Assembly (NCBI GenBank): GCA_028534125.1
Contig: CM052816.1
Coordinates: 73,904,001-73,968,000 of the forward strand
DNA from: Lama glama
Lineage: Eukaryota
Reading direction: 5' to 3'
Length of the DNA: 64,000 nt
Made by a program: the position numbers and the translations under genes. This document shows positions 42,564-56,199 of the stretch, in pieces. Each line of letters begins with the position of its first letter. Position 1 is the first letter of the stretch. Under the pieces are notes generated by a model. It searched no databases. It was given only the letters and a program-made list of their open reading frames with translations, and was not told the origin of the DNA.

Positions 42564-42830
<267 letters not shown>

Positions 42831-42876
42831 TCAGAGCTCAACAGACCCTTGAGAAGTGACCACAAGAAAGACCACA

Positions 42877-43389
42877 TGAATACTACCCAGCCATAAAAAG
42901 GAGGGAAATGTTGCCACGTGTGGTAACATGACTGGACCTTACGGGCATTATGCTAAGTGAAATAAGGCAGACAGAGAAAGACAAAGACTGTATGATCTCA
43001 CTTACGCGTGAAGTCTTAAAAAAAAAAGGTAAAAAAAAAAAACGAAGCTCACAGTCACAGAGAACAGACTGGTGGTTGGTTGCCAGTGGGGTGGTCAAAT
43101 GGGTGAAGGCGAAGGTACAAACTTACAGTTATAAAATGAATAGGTCCTGGGGATGTCAGGTACAGTGTGGTGACCACAGCTAGTAATACTATATTGAATG
43201 TTTGAAAGTTAAGAAGGTAGATCTCAAAAGTTCTCATTACAGGAAAAAACCTTGTAACTCTGTGGGGTGACGGATGTTAACTAGACTTATTGTGGTGATC
43301 ATTTCACAATATATGTATATATAAAAGTCAAATCATTATGCTGTGCATCTGAAACTAACCTTATGTGTCAATTATACCCCAGTTTTAAA
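42877..43389 (+). mobile_element. L1 (L1MA9-like) 5'-truncated 3' end
   Basis: gaatactacccagccataaaaag...gggcattatgctaagtgaaataag; TSD AAAGACCACA (42867-42876, 43390-43399). Confidence 0.88.
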
Positions 43390-44109
43390 AAAGACCACAC
43401 TTAAGGATCTCCAACATTGTCATTAGTTAAGTATTTAACTGCTTCCTAGCAAAATATTCTCTTACAGGGACTATTTGGGTAAGAACAGCGGCTTAAATAC
43501 CCCTTCAAAGAGCAGGTTCCCACACACCTAAGCAAGGCACAGCTCCAAAGAACCCAAACACATAGCATCAACACACAACTCTTCCCCTTACAAACTTCCA
43601 ACACTCCCCCGGACTAATGTTTCTTCAGAACACTTTAAGGCTCCCATTAAACCCCTGACAGTCTCCCCACTCATGAATAACCCGGCTCTCTTCTCTATCA
43701 GCCAGCATTCACCTCTGAGCACACAAGAAACAGCTGGTCTGTGAAGACAACCTAGGTTTTAGATGTGTGGATGGAGCCCAGTCCAAAGGTAACAAAATGT
43801 AAGTATTTGAGTAGTAAACAACCAAATCAGGAAGGAGACTCTGAAGGAGTTTCCTGGCTGCAGGTGGGTGACATAGGAGTGGGGCTCAGAATATTTGCAA
43901 CAATGATATCTGAAGGTTTTCCTGCCATGAACCTGCAGCACAAGCTCATTTTCCTTCAGGTGCCTTTCTAGGGAATTCTAAGAAAGCATGCCCAGCCTTC
44001 CTGGGTAAGGATGAAAGGAGACGTAAAGCTAATGTCGTGCTGGTAAATACTTAACCATCAGCTCCTCAGGACAAAAATTTGTGTATATAAATACATACAT
44101 GAGTTTTTA

Positions 44110-44427
44110 TTTGGTGGAGGGGAAGGTAGGGCATGTCTCTGTTTTTTTGTTTGTTTGTTTTTATTGAAGTATAGTTGATTTACAACGTTGTGTTAGTTTC
44201 TGGCATACAGCATAGTGTATACACTATGCTGTATATACATACATATATATACATATTCTTTTTCATTATAGGTTATTACAAGCTATTGAATATAGTTGCC
44301 TGTGCTGTACAGTAGGACCTTGTTGTTTATTCTGTATCTAGTAGCTTTTACCTACTAATCCTTAACTCCCAATTTATCCCTCCCCCTTCCCTTTCCCCTT
44401 TGGTAGCCATAAGTTTGTGTTCTATAC
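44110..44427 (-). mobile_element. 5'-truncated lineage-specific L1 3' end plus about 30 nt of extra 3' sequence
   Basis: Similar to 18668-18993; 13-bp direct repeat ACATGAGTTTTTA (44097-44109, 44428-44440). Confidence 0.85.
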
Positions 44428-44488
44428 ACATGAGTTTTTACTGATAAAAAGGTATGCAGCACACAATTTTCAAAAAATAATAAAATAC

Positions 44489-44638
44489 GGGGAGGGTATA
44501 GCTCAGTGGTAGAGTGCATGCCTAGCATGCACAAGGTCCTGGGTTCAATCCCCAGTACCTCCATTAAAATAAATAAATAAAAACCTTATTAGCTTCTGCA
44601 CCACAAAGAAAAATAAATACATAAAAATGTAAAATAAT
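44489..44638 (+). mobile_element. tRNA-derived camelid-type SINE (Vic-1-like)
   Basis: ggggagggtatagctcagtggtagag...gggttcaatccccagtacctcca; TSD AATAATAAAATA (44476-44487, 44639-44650). Confidence 0.9.
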
Positions 44639-45866
44639 AATAATAAAATATACAATACTCTATTGTAAGTTTCATAAAGCCAATTGACTTTCCCAGAATG
44701 CTTCGAAAGCCTTCAATGATTTTTGCCAAACTCTGGTATCTGCAGCCAACCTAGTGTTTGCAACTGATGAATGGGTATAGTTCCTACATGAATTGCTGGT
44801 TGAGATTTTTGTTTACTTTAACAAGTAAGACCAGAGTGAAACATAAGAGGCACATGAGAACTTCACTCATTGTCAATCATGTAAGTGGCAACTTCACTGA
44901 ATCTGATAATAGTTTCCAAGTCCTGGAAGAATATTTGCTCAAACTGTTGTCCTAGTCATAATATAATGGTTATTTATTCCACAGTATAACACACTTTTAA
45001 GTTTAAGCTGCATTATTACACATTATCCTCATCACTTTCTTAGATTGGACAACCAAAAAACAATAAATGAAACCCAGATTTGTAGCATTTGTTGATTTCC
45101 ATGGTATAAATACAACTGCCATGGCTGATCTCAAGCCACCAGTGTGATGGCATCAAATATGGATTCCAGAAGAGACGTACAGAAGCCCACCCACCATTAC
45201 ACAGTGTCTCTACCACACAGACTCAAGACACATGGATAACCTCAAAAGCGTAAATAATAAAACCTAGTGAATTCATTAGAAAGTCATGAGTTTTTAGTAT
45301 TATACTCTTTGTTTCTAATATAATTTTTTAAGTTTATATAATTTAATTTTTGACAATGGCTGTGTTTAATAACCAGCTCAAAAACTTCTTGAAGTTTTTT
45401 TTAACAAGCACTGAATAAGATTAAACGGTGGTTTTTCTGCTGGCACGGGACGTTTTTCAAGGTTTTAACAGGTCTCTGAAGCAGAATCTTCTACTATAAC
45501 TTATTCCCAGCAGACTGAAAGATGAGCCTATAGACAGTACACACAAGAGTCCCAATCCCTCGTTCTATTATCAGCTAACTGGACAGTCAGTAATGGAAAA
45601 CCAGGACTGAGTACAAGGCATTTTACAGCCTGCTCTTTTGACAGAGTTGATGTACTTACTCAATGTTGAAAAACATTTGTATGTGAATGAAAGTTATACC
45701 AACTACGATGACTTTTTACCAAAATAGTATTTACTGAAGCAACTTCCATTAAGGCAACTAAATTCTTTCATCAATACGGGCCTCAAACAGAAGTATATAT
45801 ACTTAGAAACTGAAGTACAACTAAAAGTTCTTACTCCTGACAAAGCACTCTTAAATCTCTGAGCCT

Positions 45867-45984
45867 GAAAAGAATATGAAAACGGATATATGTATGTATA
45901 TGTATGACTGAACTATGATGCTGTGCACCAGAAATTGACACAACATTGTAAACTGACTATAGTTCAATTAAAAAAAATTTTTTT
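45867..45984 (+). mobile_element. Very short (118 bp) L1 3' end
   Basis: Similar to 6242-6350; perfect 13-bp TSD AATCTCTGAGCCT (45854-45866, 45985-45997). Confidence 0.9.
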
Positions 45985-46060
45985 AATCTCTGAGCCTAAT
46001 TGCCTTCAGGTGTTCAAAGGGCATTGGTTCACATAAAGGCAGAAACCCAAAAGTGCTTAC

Positions 46061-46256
46061 CAATGGTACCACCCAAAGCCATTGCTCCAGACATCTGAGC
46101 TAACAATTCTGGGTCCGGTTTTAGGCCTCCAAGAGTGGCTGCCAGGCCTCCAGCCACCCCAATCATGCCCAGTGCATTGCCAAGACGCGCAGTTCCCTGG
46201 GTGGAAAGCCCGGCCAGGGCGCCAACACAGCATAGGCCGGAGCCCAGGTACATGAT
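46061..46256 (-). CDS. NNT: NNT exon 14: [27 protein letters not shown]...ALGGTI
   Basis: pyrimidine tract + aaag acceptor, TTG|gtaagc donor, 196 nt. Confidence 0.97.
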
Positions 46257-46569
46257 CTTTTCAAAGTAAAGGGAAGAGAGAGAGAAAGATTATCAGAACC
46301 TTCAGTCCAAGGACAATTTTAAATTTAGACAACAGAAGGACCAAAGTGAGCTCTTCTTTCAATATATCTATATATTTTCCTATCCATAGGGGATAGTAAC
46401 ATATTCAATCATTTACATTGTACTTGCAATTATACCATTTAAGTAAATTGGTTCCTTCTGGATTTGATAGTATGTACAAATGCTTATAAAATTACCTAAA
46501 TTTAAACAGAGTTATTATGGGATCTAGACTTAAACAAATGCTATAAAAGAGCCAACCCTTGTGGTTGTA

Positions 46570-46770
46570 AGTGCCAGGGACCACGCCATATATTTTACTT
46601 ATGTTGTAACTCAGTCTCATGAGAGCCACACGAGCAAAGAATCATCACCCTCATTTCACGAAAGAGAAAACCAAAGCTTAAAAAGGCTACAGAATTTTCC
46701 CAAGGTCAATGATCGGTAAACAGCAAATCTAGGATGCAGACATGGGTCTCCCTGACTCACTGATCTAACC
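46570..46770 (-). mobile_element. MIR SINE
   Basis: atcaccctcatttcacgaaagagaaaacc...cccaaggtca. Confidence 0.6.
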
Positions 46771-47369
46771 CTTTCAAAAAAGACTGTGTTCATTAAGCAA
46801 ATACATGTTGGGAATCAGCAGAAACCAAGGGAAACATGATTTTTCAGATGTCAGAGAGGTTGTAATTTAGTGACAGTCATTTTAAAGAAAGATATGACTG
46901 AGTTCAGAACAAAGTTGGGTCTCTGTTATGTTTAGACATGGAACTTTCAGAGTTCAACTTGATTATTTCTATTTTCCTATACAGCATTCATTTTTGAATT
47001 ATCATTTTTTAATATACTGGCCATAACATCTGGCTTCATAGGGGAAGAAGTAAGTAGGAAAAGGACTGATAGTATTTAATAATGAAAAGTTTCCAATTTT
47101 TACTGATTCTTTCATTGTATCAGTACAACAATCCAGCCAGGTACATAAAAGGAGTACTAAGAATCTTCTTGGCGCTTCTTACATGTGGTAAAGCTTAGGG
47201 ACAAGCAGATAAACCCACATGTGCAGAGTTAGCAGGCTAACCTGTCTCTAGAATTCTGGGTCCTGATTCTTAGACGATGAGAACGCTTTATTTGACCAAG
47301 ATGTTTCGAGAGTTATTGTTGTATTTGCTTGACAGAATTTGAATTTTGATAATGGTAATGTCAAGTCTA

Positions 47370-47570
<201 letters not shown>

Positions 47571-48513
47571 TTATCCAAATAAATATAAAACAAAAAGAGT
47601 TACCTCATTGAGCAATATAATTTTTTAAAGTTATATATACTTTCATATATATACACAATTATATATAATTTTATATATATACATACTATGTGTATATAAT
47701 TTTTCTATTTTAAGCATATCTTTATCATCTAGGAATAAATATAATTTTAAGTAACACTTTAGAACCTCAAAATTAGAAGTTATTCTATTATTCAAGCCAG
47801 TTCCACTGAAGGGGAGGAAACCTAAATACATTCAGGAAGAAAACTTGCTATCAGAATGCAGAACCAACTATTTCTGCGTGACTAAAAGTAAATAGCCATT
47901 CAAGCAACTTGGGAATGCAAGTGATCAAAGGCCAGTATTTTTTTCCAATAGGTTACTGTGTTTGTTAAACGCTATAATAAATGAAAAAAGAAAAAAATAC
48001 CCTATCAACAGGCACCAGGTTTGCTGCACATGGTAAATAATTTTTAGCTACAAAATAGCATCGAATGAGTTTCATACACAAGAGATGTGCTGGGCTTTCA
48101 GTTTTCAGGAACACAGGCCAGGATGAGGTAAAAGGCTGAAATTTTATCTAAAGTTATACTCATTCAGAGATGTTATGGTGATAGCTCTAAGTCAGCTTAA
48201 TGCATAACTATGCATTCAATAACTTTCCAGTTAACATGCAGCAAGACATCATTTTATTTGTTTGTTTTGGGGCACTGAGGGGGAGGGGTGTTCTTTTATC
48301 AACTAGTTTCTAAAAGTTACACATGGGCAAAGTAACTGATTTCCCTTCACAGAGAACAACTGTCATCTGAGCGAAACATTTTTTAAAGGCATGATAAAAC
48401 TCTTAAAATCAAAATGTCTATTTTGACTCTGTGAATGTCTGTTTGACTTATATTCACTTCTCACGGTCACCATTAAAAAAATAGCACCCTGGGTTCTTTC
48501 ATGGTCCTCGTAC

Positions 48514-48624
48514 CTGCAATATTGATTGAGGATATGAATGTAGCAAGAGCAGCCAGGCCCTGAGGAGTTGTGGAAGGATACAGATGCCCTCCCATCAGCA
48601 CCAATCCACCAACTGCAGTCAACC
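48514..48624 (-). CDS. NNT: NNT exon 12: [37 protein letters not shown]
   Basis: ttcccag acceptor, CAG|gtacga donor, 111 nt. Confidence 0.96.
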
Positions 48625-49509
48625 CTGGGAAGAAAGCATCAACGTGGTGAACAGCCATAGTGACACCGGCAAACCAAACGCCATAGCCAAGAGACCTCGC
48701 ACGCACATGCATCACAGAGGAGAATATTCTCGCATGCCGTTCTCACTGAACTCTTTCATGGACAAAGGTTTAACAACACATTTGCTCCTTTTGCTTAAGG
48801 CTTCCACCTTTACCTTTCTAGCTCTGCTCCCCTGATTGATATAAACCAGTAATGTTATCAGACAACATTACTTATGCTGAAAAGGGACCTCCAGGGGATA
48901 AACTGCATCTGAACTGGAAAAAACTATGCATGAACTATAAACATATGATGATGAAAGCCCTGGCTTTCGGCTTTCCTGAGTCTAGTACTTCTTGGAATTG
49001 GACCTGTTCCCTGCAGAGATCCTGGAAGCTATGCCTATGGCAAGACATGCCCACTGGGGCCATGAGGCTTCCGAGCCAGGGCAGCTCCCACACCTGTCCA
49101 ATGTGGGTTTCACTCCTCAGATCTGAGCCATCACTGGGGGCCAGAGAGAACAGTCTTGAGAAGACCTGTGTTTACTGCCGCCCAGACCATGCTGCTACTG
49201 TGAAACGCTGGCTTCCACACTTTATCAGATAAATCCTTTCTTTGAAGGAAATCATAACTTAAAAGAAGTAAGAGTGGCCCTGCAATGCTTGAAATGGGAG
49301 CAGCCCAAAGGCCTGACACACCCCCTTGGCCTCCTACTTCCAACCCCACCCCTGCACCATGTAGGAGCCCGAGGCACCACAACCTCCACCTCAGATGCCA
49401 AGCCCTACAGCTGGAAAACACAGACTTCAGACACCTCGTTGGAAGTGCTCCTAGAGTTGAATAAGCCCCTGCAGACCTAAGGGGATGGAAAATGAGAACA
49501 GGAACAAAC

Positions 49510-49671
49510 CTGAGATTGCATTAGTGACAGACATCAGTGGTGAGTGGAGAGCGGGGGTCACTCCCCAGACGGTGTGGTAGCCCACAATGCCAGCCAAGCC
49601 GAAAGTGGTCACCATCTGGGAAAAGGCTAAATTGGGAGCCGCAAGGCCCAACCCCAGCATCCCAGTGAGGC
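49510..49671 (-). CDS. NNT: NNT exon 11: [14 protein letters not shown]...[17 protein letters not shown]
   Basis: tttctctag acceptor, CAG|gtttgt donor, 162 nt; [14 protein letters not shown] motif. Confidence 0.97.
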
Positions 49672-50774
49672 CTAGAGAAAGAGAGGACACAGTGTGAGCT
49701 CACATCCAATTATCTCAGGAAGATTAAAAGCACACACACCCACACACAAACAAACATGTGGGATAGTCAATGCTATTAAATTCCACACCCTTGCCAATAA
49801 TGAGTTTTTTTTTTTTTCAGATTTCATGATTGGGAAGGGGGTGGCGAAATGGGATTAAAGGTATTGTGAACAAAATTCAACTTCCTGATCACCACCCCCC
49901 AAAATAAATTGTAAACATCTAGCAAAATTTATGAGTCACATTAATAACAATTTATACATCTTACTCTGTGTAACTTGTGCTCTTCCCTGTTTTAACTTTC
50001 ATTGGCAATGCCACATGTGTTTATACAAGTGTTTTTATTCCAGAATTGTATGCCTATAAAGGATCTACCAAAGCATTTTCTACTTGGGTAAGACACAACC
50101 TTTATGAGACAGAGGCTTTTGTGAAGCCAATTTCATGTCACTCAGATTTGGCTGAGGAAGAGGGATTTTAAAANNNNNNNNNNNNNNNNNNNNNNNNNNN
50201 NNNNNNNNNNNNNNNNNNNNNNNNNNNNNNNNNNNNNNNNNNNNNNNNNNNNNNNNNNNNNNNNNNNNNNNNNNNNNNNNNNNNNNNNNNNNNNNNNNNN
50301 NNNNNNNNNNNNNNNNNNNNNNNNNNNNNNNNNNNNNNNNNNNNNAAAAAAGTACAAATTAAGAATGTGCAGAATATGAACAGTCAGCTCTGAACATACA
50401 TCTTTAATTATCGCCTTTCCTAACAGCAAACATGTGGACGGTTGTTCCGTAACAGAAGAAAGGGTTACCTAATGGTCAGTGAAAACCAAATGATATTGGG
50501 TGACCTGGGAGCTGGACTTTTACTTTCCTGAATAAGATACTTTTTTCCCTTGATATAAACTATTTCTTTATAAGTGGCACAGCTGGAACATTAGCAAATG
50601 ACATTAATTTTACTTTAAACCTTTCAGTAAGACTGTAATTTAATTTTTGTTTTCCTACCCACATATAAGATTTCCAGGGTTCCAATGGATGGACTATTAA
50701 CCATCTGGAGGGAGAATTAGATAGAATATTGTTTTGTGTTCCAGTTAAACATTGGAGAAGCTGTGCAGAGTTAT

Positions 50775-51060
50775 CATTAAGGACAAGTTTTCTTAAGCCA
50801 GACTGCCTGGTTCAAATCTTGACTCTTCTGCTTGTTAGCTGTGTGATCTCGGGCAAAATTACTTAACCTCTCTGTGCTCCAGTAACCTCATCTGTAAAAT
50901 TATTAACCCTTTCTGTCTTCATCTGGATAAAGGAAATAATAATATGCCCACTTCATAGAATTCTTATAAGGAATAAATGAGCCAAGGCATGTGAAGTGTT
51001 TAGCACACTACCTAGCACTCATTCAATGCCCACATTAGTCAAGAAGCACTAATTATCATA
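50775..51060 (+). mobile_element. MIR SINE
   Basis: ccagactgcctggttcaaatc...ttacttaacctctctgtgc...ctcatctgtaaaat. Confidence 0.8.
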
Positions 51061-51976
51061 ATCTGCAATCCACTGTGTTGGGCATCTAAGGTAGATATCA
51101 CACATCTGAAGGTTTTCTTAATAACTATTTAATAAGCTAATGTCTTTTCTATAATACATTTAATAACGCCAAATATGCTATCTCTAGTCTGTATAACAGG
51201 AAAAAGAAGAGAAAGGCAGAGAAAAACAAAAAAGAAAGAAAGAAAGAAAAGGGAAGAAAGCAAATCACATTCTTTGAAAAGTCCTATTCAAATAGATGCC
51301 CAACACATACATAAGAAAAATACCTGGCTTTATTTTAAAGGAGGGAGTTTAAGGTAAAGTAAAATAAATATAAAGCCATCCTTTTATTCACTGGAATATG
51401 CCATAGTCCTATCTATTAAAATGCAATAAATCTTGACCTAATAAACATAAGAGGAACCTGCAAACCATCGTATATGTCTTGCTGTATTTCCTTAGGAACC
51501 TCAGAGAGAAATGGAAATGTGCACCCCTGCTGACAATACTGCCCGTGTACAACACAACAGTAAGTGCAAATCGGGACACTTCTCCATCTACTCACAGTGT
51601 TCACAACCAGAGGCCTTTGCCATCATTTTGCTGAGATTTGCTCTTTCTCCAAGGAGAGTTACATACTTAGCTTTAAAACATCTGGACTCACATGGGAATT
51701 TGGAGAATGCTGAGGCCACAAAAATTCTGTGCACCTGGTGCTGGTTCTTAATTCTTTATAGTTTGCTTTAGTTTGTTTTTATTTTTGGCTCTAAGCAGAT
51801 CTAAACATTTTTAATTCATTCTATGAAAGAGAAACCATTTTAAAACCAAATATCCATATATCAAACTCTAACAATTCATAGCCAGAATGAATACTTATAC
51901 TATTTTACAATAATTTAGTGTCTTCATGAAGATAAATTTAAAAACAAAGAATCTATGTTAAATCGTTAAGAAAGAG

Positions 51977-52130
51977 GTGGGGAGGGTATAGCTCAAGTGG
52001 TTAGAGCACATGCGTGGCATGCATGAGGTCTTGGGTTCAATACCCAGTACCTCCTCTAAGAATAAATAAATAAACAAACAAACAAACCTAATTACCTCCC
52101 TCACCAAAAAAAAAAGAAAAGAAAAGAAAA
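51977..52130 (+). mobile_element. tRNA-derived camelid-type SINE (Vic-1-like)
   Basis: Same body as the other two copies, with A tail; 17-bp TSD with 2 mismatches (51960-51976, 52131-52147). Confidence 0.9.
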
Positions 52131-52678
52131 AAATTGTAAAGAAAGAGATAAAAATTTTTAAATTGAATTTTTTTTACTAAGTGAGTAACTTGGGGGGTTT
52201 ATTCTTCAACGCAAACATTTGGTTCCCCAGTCTGACCCAATGGTGCAGATAATCACAAGTGAAGTTTTATAAACCACAAAAATAAATAAATAAATAAGTA
52301 ACCACATCGATACGCACTTAACACCAACACAATCTGACATACGCTACTACCCATTCTATTTGACATAAATAAAAATATTAACAATTACATCTTCAATGTT
52401 CTCTATAAAAGGAAAGTATTAACAGCCTGGGTATTATTTCACACGCATGCATTCCAGTAACTAGCCCAGGGCCTATATCCCTGGGGGTGGGCAGCCCACG
52501 CCACCTCCACGTCCACAGAGGTGGGACAAGTGACCTGTATCTGAAAAATCGCCTCTAACAGGCCCGAGTCCTGATGGAATCCAGAGAAGGACAACGGCAT
52601 TTCATTTACTCATTTTGACAATACATGCTCACAAAATTCAGAGAATCAGCACTAATTCCTAAGAAATGGGATCTTCAC

Positions 52679-52832
52679 CTGCTGTATACACAGAAGCTGA
52701 CGTCATCGTCTTCCTGAAGGGTGTAACAGCGGCTGCTTTTTCAGCCTCTAGCTCAGCCACTGTCTTCTGTTTAACTGGGGCACCTTGAGGAATATTTTTC
52801 GGTGTGGGAGCGGGGAAAATCACTTCGCCATC
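52679..52832 (-). CDS. NNT: NNT exon 10: [51 protein letters not shown] (dI-dII linker)
   Basis: ctgttag acceptor, CAG|gtgaag donor, 154 nt; translated by hand (absent from ORF track). Confidence 0.96.
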
Positions 52833-53352
52833 CTAACAGAAATTAGAAAAATACCATTTTTTAAGTCAATCCAGCGTTGAGACCAACACAGACAATAGCT
52901 AAAATTCTGGGGGGAAAATGTTCTTCTAAAAATAATTTAAACAAATATATAAATTCATGTAATTTATAACTTATCATTTATATAACTATATAATGTGTAC
53001 ATTAATATATAATGTTTGTACTTTGCATATACACATAGATGTATAATTAGTATGTGTATGGAACATATAAGGAAGAATACAAATCAAACCTAAATGCAGA
53101 TAGGTAGGGGAACGTTTAATTTTTATTTTATTCAGTGTTGGGGTTTTTGGTTTTTTGTTTCTGTTTTTCCAAAGCACTGCATATTTCAGGTAAGTCATGC
53201 GTGTATATAAGTCAGTGATATTTTTCTTTAAATTATTCTACTGTTTTAAACAATTTTTATTGGCAAAAACCCAGCACATCAGTACTTTACTAGAATATAT
53301 GATTACAAAACAGGACTCTTCCATGAACAGAAATTCTAGAACAAATGTATTA

Positions 53353-53577
<225 letters not shown>

Positions 53578-53786
53578 CTAAATAAACAAAAATACAGTCA
53601 GGGAGGCCTATTACTGAAAGCTCACCATCTTTCTAGGACAATTCTCAGTCAGAGTTCAAGGCTGACTTTTGAAATCATGCATCTTTATAAATACATACAT
53701 ATCCTCACAAACAAATACATATTTCAGTAGAAGCTTTAAATGTGCCTATTTTTAATCTTAGAAAATTCCCGGCCATCGTTTCTCTA

Positions 53787-54032
<246 letters not shown>

Positions 54033-56199
54033 TTACATGACATGTAGTATATGTTTAATTCTATATTCTAATTATTACAGTGGTCTCTCAGTACTCAGGG
54101 ATTTAACATCTGAAATTTTAGCTCTGTCAAGAGCCCTCCCCCCGCAAAGTCCATGACACAGGTGAGACCGGCCACTCCCCTAAGGAAGAAACAGGACCAG
54201 AGAGCATGCAAAGCCAGAGTGCGGGAGGGAGCGGCGGAGCCCTCCCTTTGCTAGGCAGGGAGATCTCAGCGAGCACTGCTCTTCTCAAGTGGTTTCCACC
54301 CAGAACAACTCATGAAGAGATGAACATTTTGCCTGTTTTCTGAAATATGCATAATAATGAGCTAGTAAGGAAACTCTGTCCACCCTGGTGCTGGGAATCT
54401 ACTGGTAGATAAACGGAAAAGATCCCTGTTCTCACGGAACATGCTTCTCATGAGATGTTTACATTTCAGCCCATTCACTGATTCTTACATAGAAGGTAAA
54501 GCACCAGACAAGATTTTTCAAGTGAGCATACATCAGTACATTCAACAGGGCCCCTCACAGTCAGCTTATTATCTTGTTCAAGTTTCCTAAAACAATATAA
54601 ATACCTAAGCCAAAAGAAAAAGGAAATAAGCTTGTGAGATCGGCTATAGGAAAGCAGAGTTAATAGCCTAATTATCTGTATCTTTCCTTTTGAAAGTTTT
54701 CATCTCTCTGTTTACAGAATTTCAATAAAAGCACTGTCAATTTTATAAATGAAAATCAACTTAAAGTAAAATTTGCATTATAATAACCTGTTTTTCAATC
54801 TACCTGATTGGAATATGTATGATTTAAAAGAGAAAAATTGCCTTTATTTGTAGCACATGTGAAAAAAAAAGTTGTGAAGATACAAGTGGGCATGTATATA
54901 GTATCAAATTGAAAGTGCTCACCTGTACCTTGCAGTTGTTTACTGTCATCAGCCTCCCTTCCTAGGGTCCAGAGCCTCTTCTCTATTAAGCAGCCTTTCG
55001 TTTATCACAGCCCTTCCTCCCACCTTACTTGCACCCTGATATGCTTTAAACTACTCTTTTGGCAATATCCAATTTGGATCCAGGTCTACCCTCTTTGACT
55101 CGCAACTACACCAACTTTATGACCAGCAACTTCACAAATTTGACCTGGCATCAAACTAATTTCTCCTGCCCTGGAAATTCTGAATTCCTTCTTCCTTCTG
55201 AGACATCTACAGCTTCAGATTAGATCCTGGATCTGTAATGCTGTCCTTTTTATAAGACATCAAGTGGCCGAAATCATTTAGGCTCCCTAGAAAACATCCA
55301 ACGGATCACCTGTTTCTCTTCTTCGATTTTACTTATTCAACTTTCACAAAACAATTATGCAGTGGCTGACACACCTTTAAATGCACAAACACACACACAC
55401 CCTTGAATCTTAACAGAGATAAGAGGTGTTCTGTCCATATTATCACTCTGAAATTCAACCACTTTTGAAAAGATAGCATATTATTTCACACAGAGTATTT
55501 TATTTAGTGTATAGCCAAATAACTGGAAACTAAATTTTAAAAAATACTTAAATCACAGAGGAACATTTAAAAGACATGGAATTACTAAGAGTAAAAAGGA
55601 TAAACAAAATAGTAGACATAGGATGCTCCCATTCAACATAAAAATTATATACATGAGTGTTCCACATATATGTCTATATACACACCTACATAAAATATTA
55701 CATATACTACACAGGTCCTAGTAAATTCTATAGTATATAATGTTTAACAGTATCAGGATACCTTTGAGTGGTAAGAATAAGAATAATTCATTTTGTTCTT
55801 GGTGCTTTTCCTTATCTCCCAAGTTCTCTAGAAGAGCTTGTTTTAATGTTACAATTTTAAAAATTCAGTAAGTGCTACAGGGAATACAATGAAGAATACG
55901 ACAGTGCAGCCGCCTTGAAGCTCTCACATGTGGATTAATTTTTTGAAAATTCTGAAAAGTGCAGATATGCAAATTGAAAACAGAAGTGAAAAAACAGAGC
56001 CAAAAGAGGAGCGGAGAAGTACATAAAAACTCCAAATGAGCAAACCCTCAAAAGATTAGGTCAAGAGAGGGAAAGCCAGATAAGGAAATTTCAAAACCCT
56101 ATCTTACCCTGATGGCCTACAACGGTAAGAACGTCATGTATGACAAACATGGCATCACAGAATAGAAGGAATGAAAGGAATAAGATGGTTAGTTAGGTT

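Larger units (their letters stand above)
44030..45410 (+). mobile_element. hAT-Tip100 (Zaphod-like) DNA transposon remnant interrupted by an L1 and a SINE
   Basis: gtgctggtaaatacttaaccatcagctc start and aatggctgtgtttaataaccagctc near the end resemble my recollection of Zaphod termini. Confidence 0.55.

Noticed and set aside
47630-47700. AT-rich palindromic tract upstream of exon 13
   Set aside because: Low-complexity (TA)n-derived sequence; self-complementarity is trivial.
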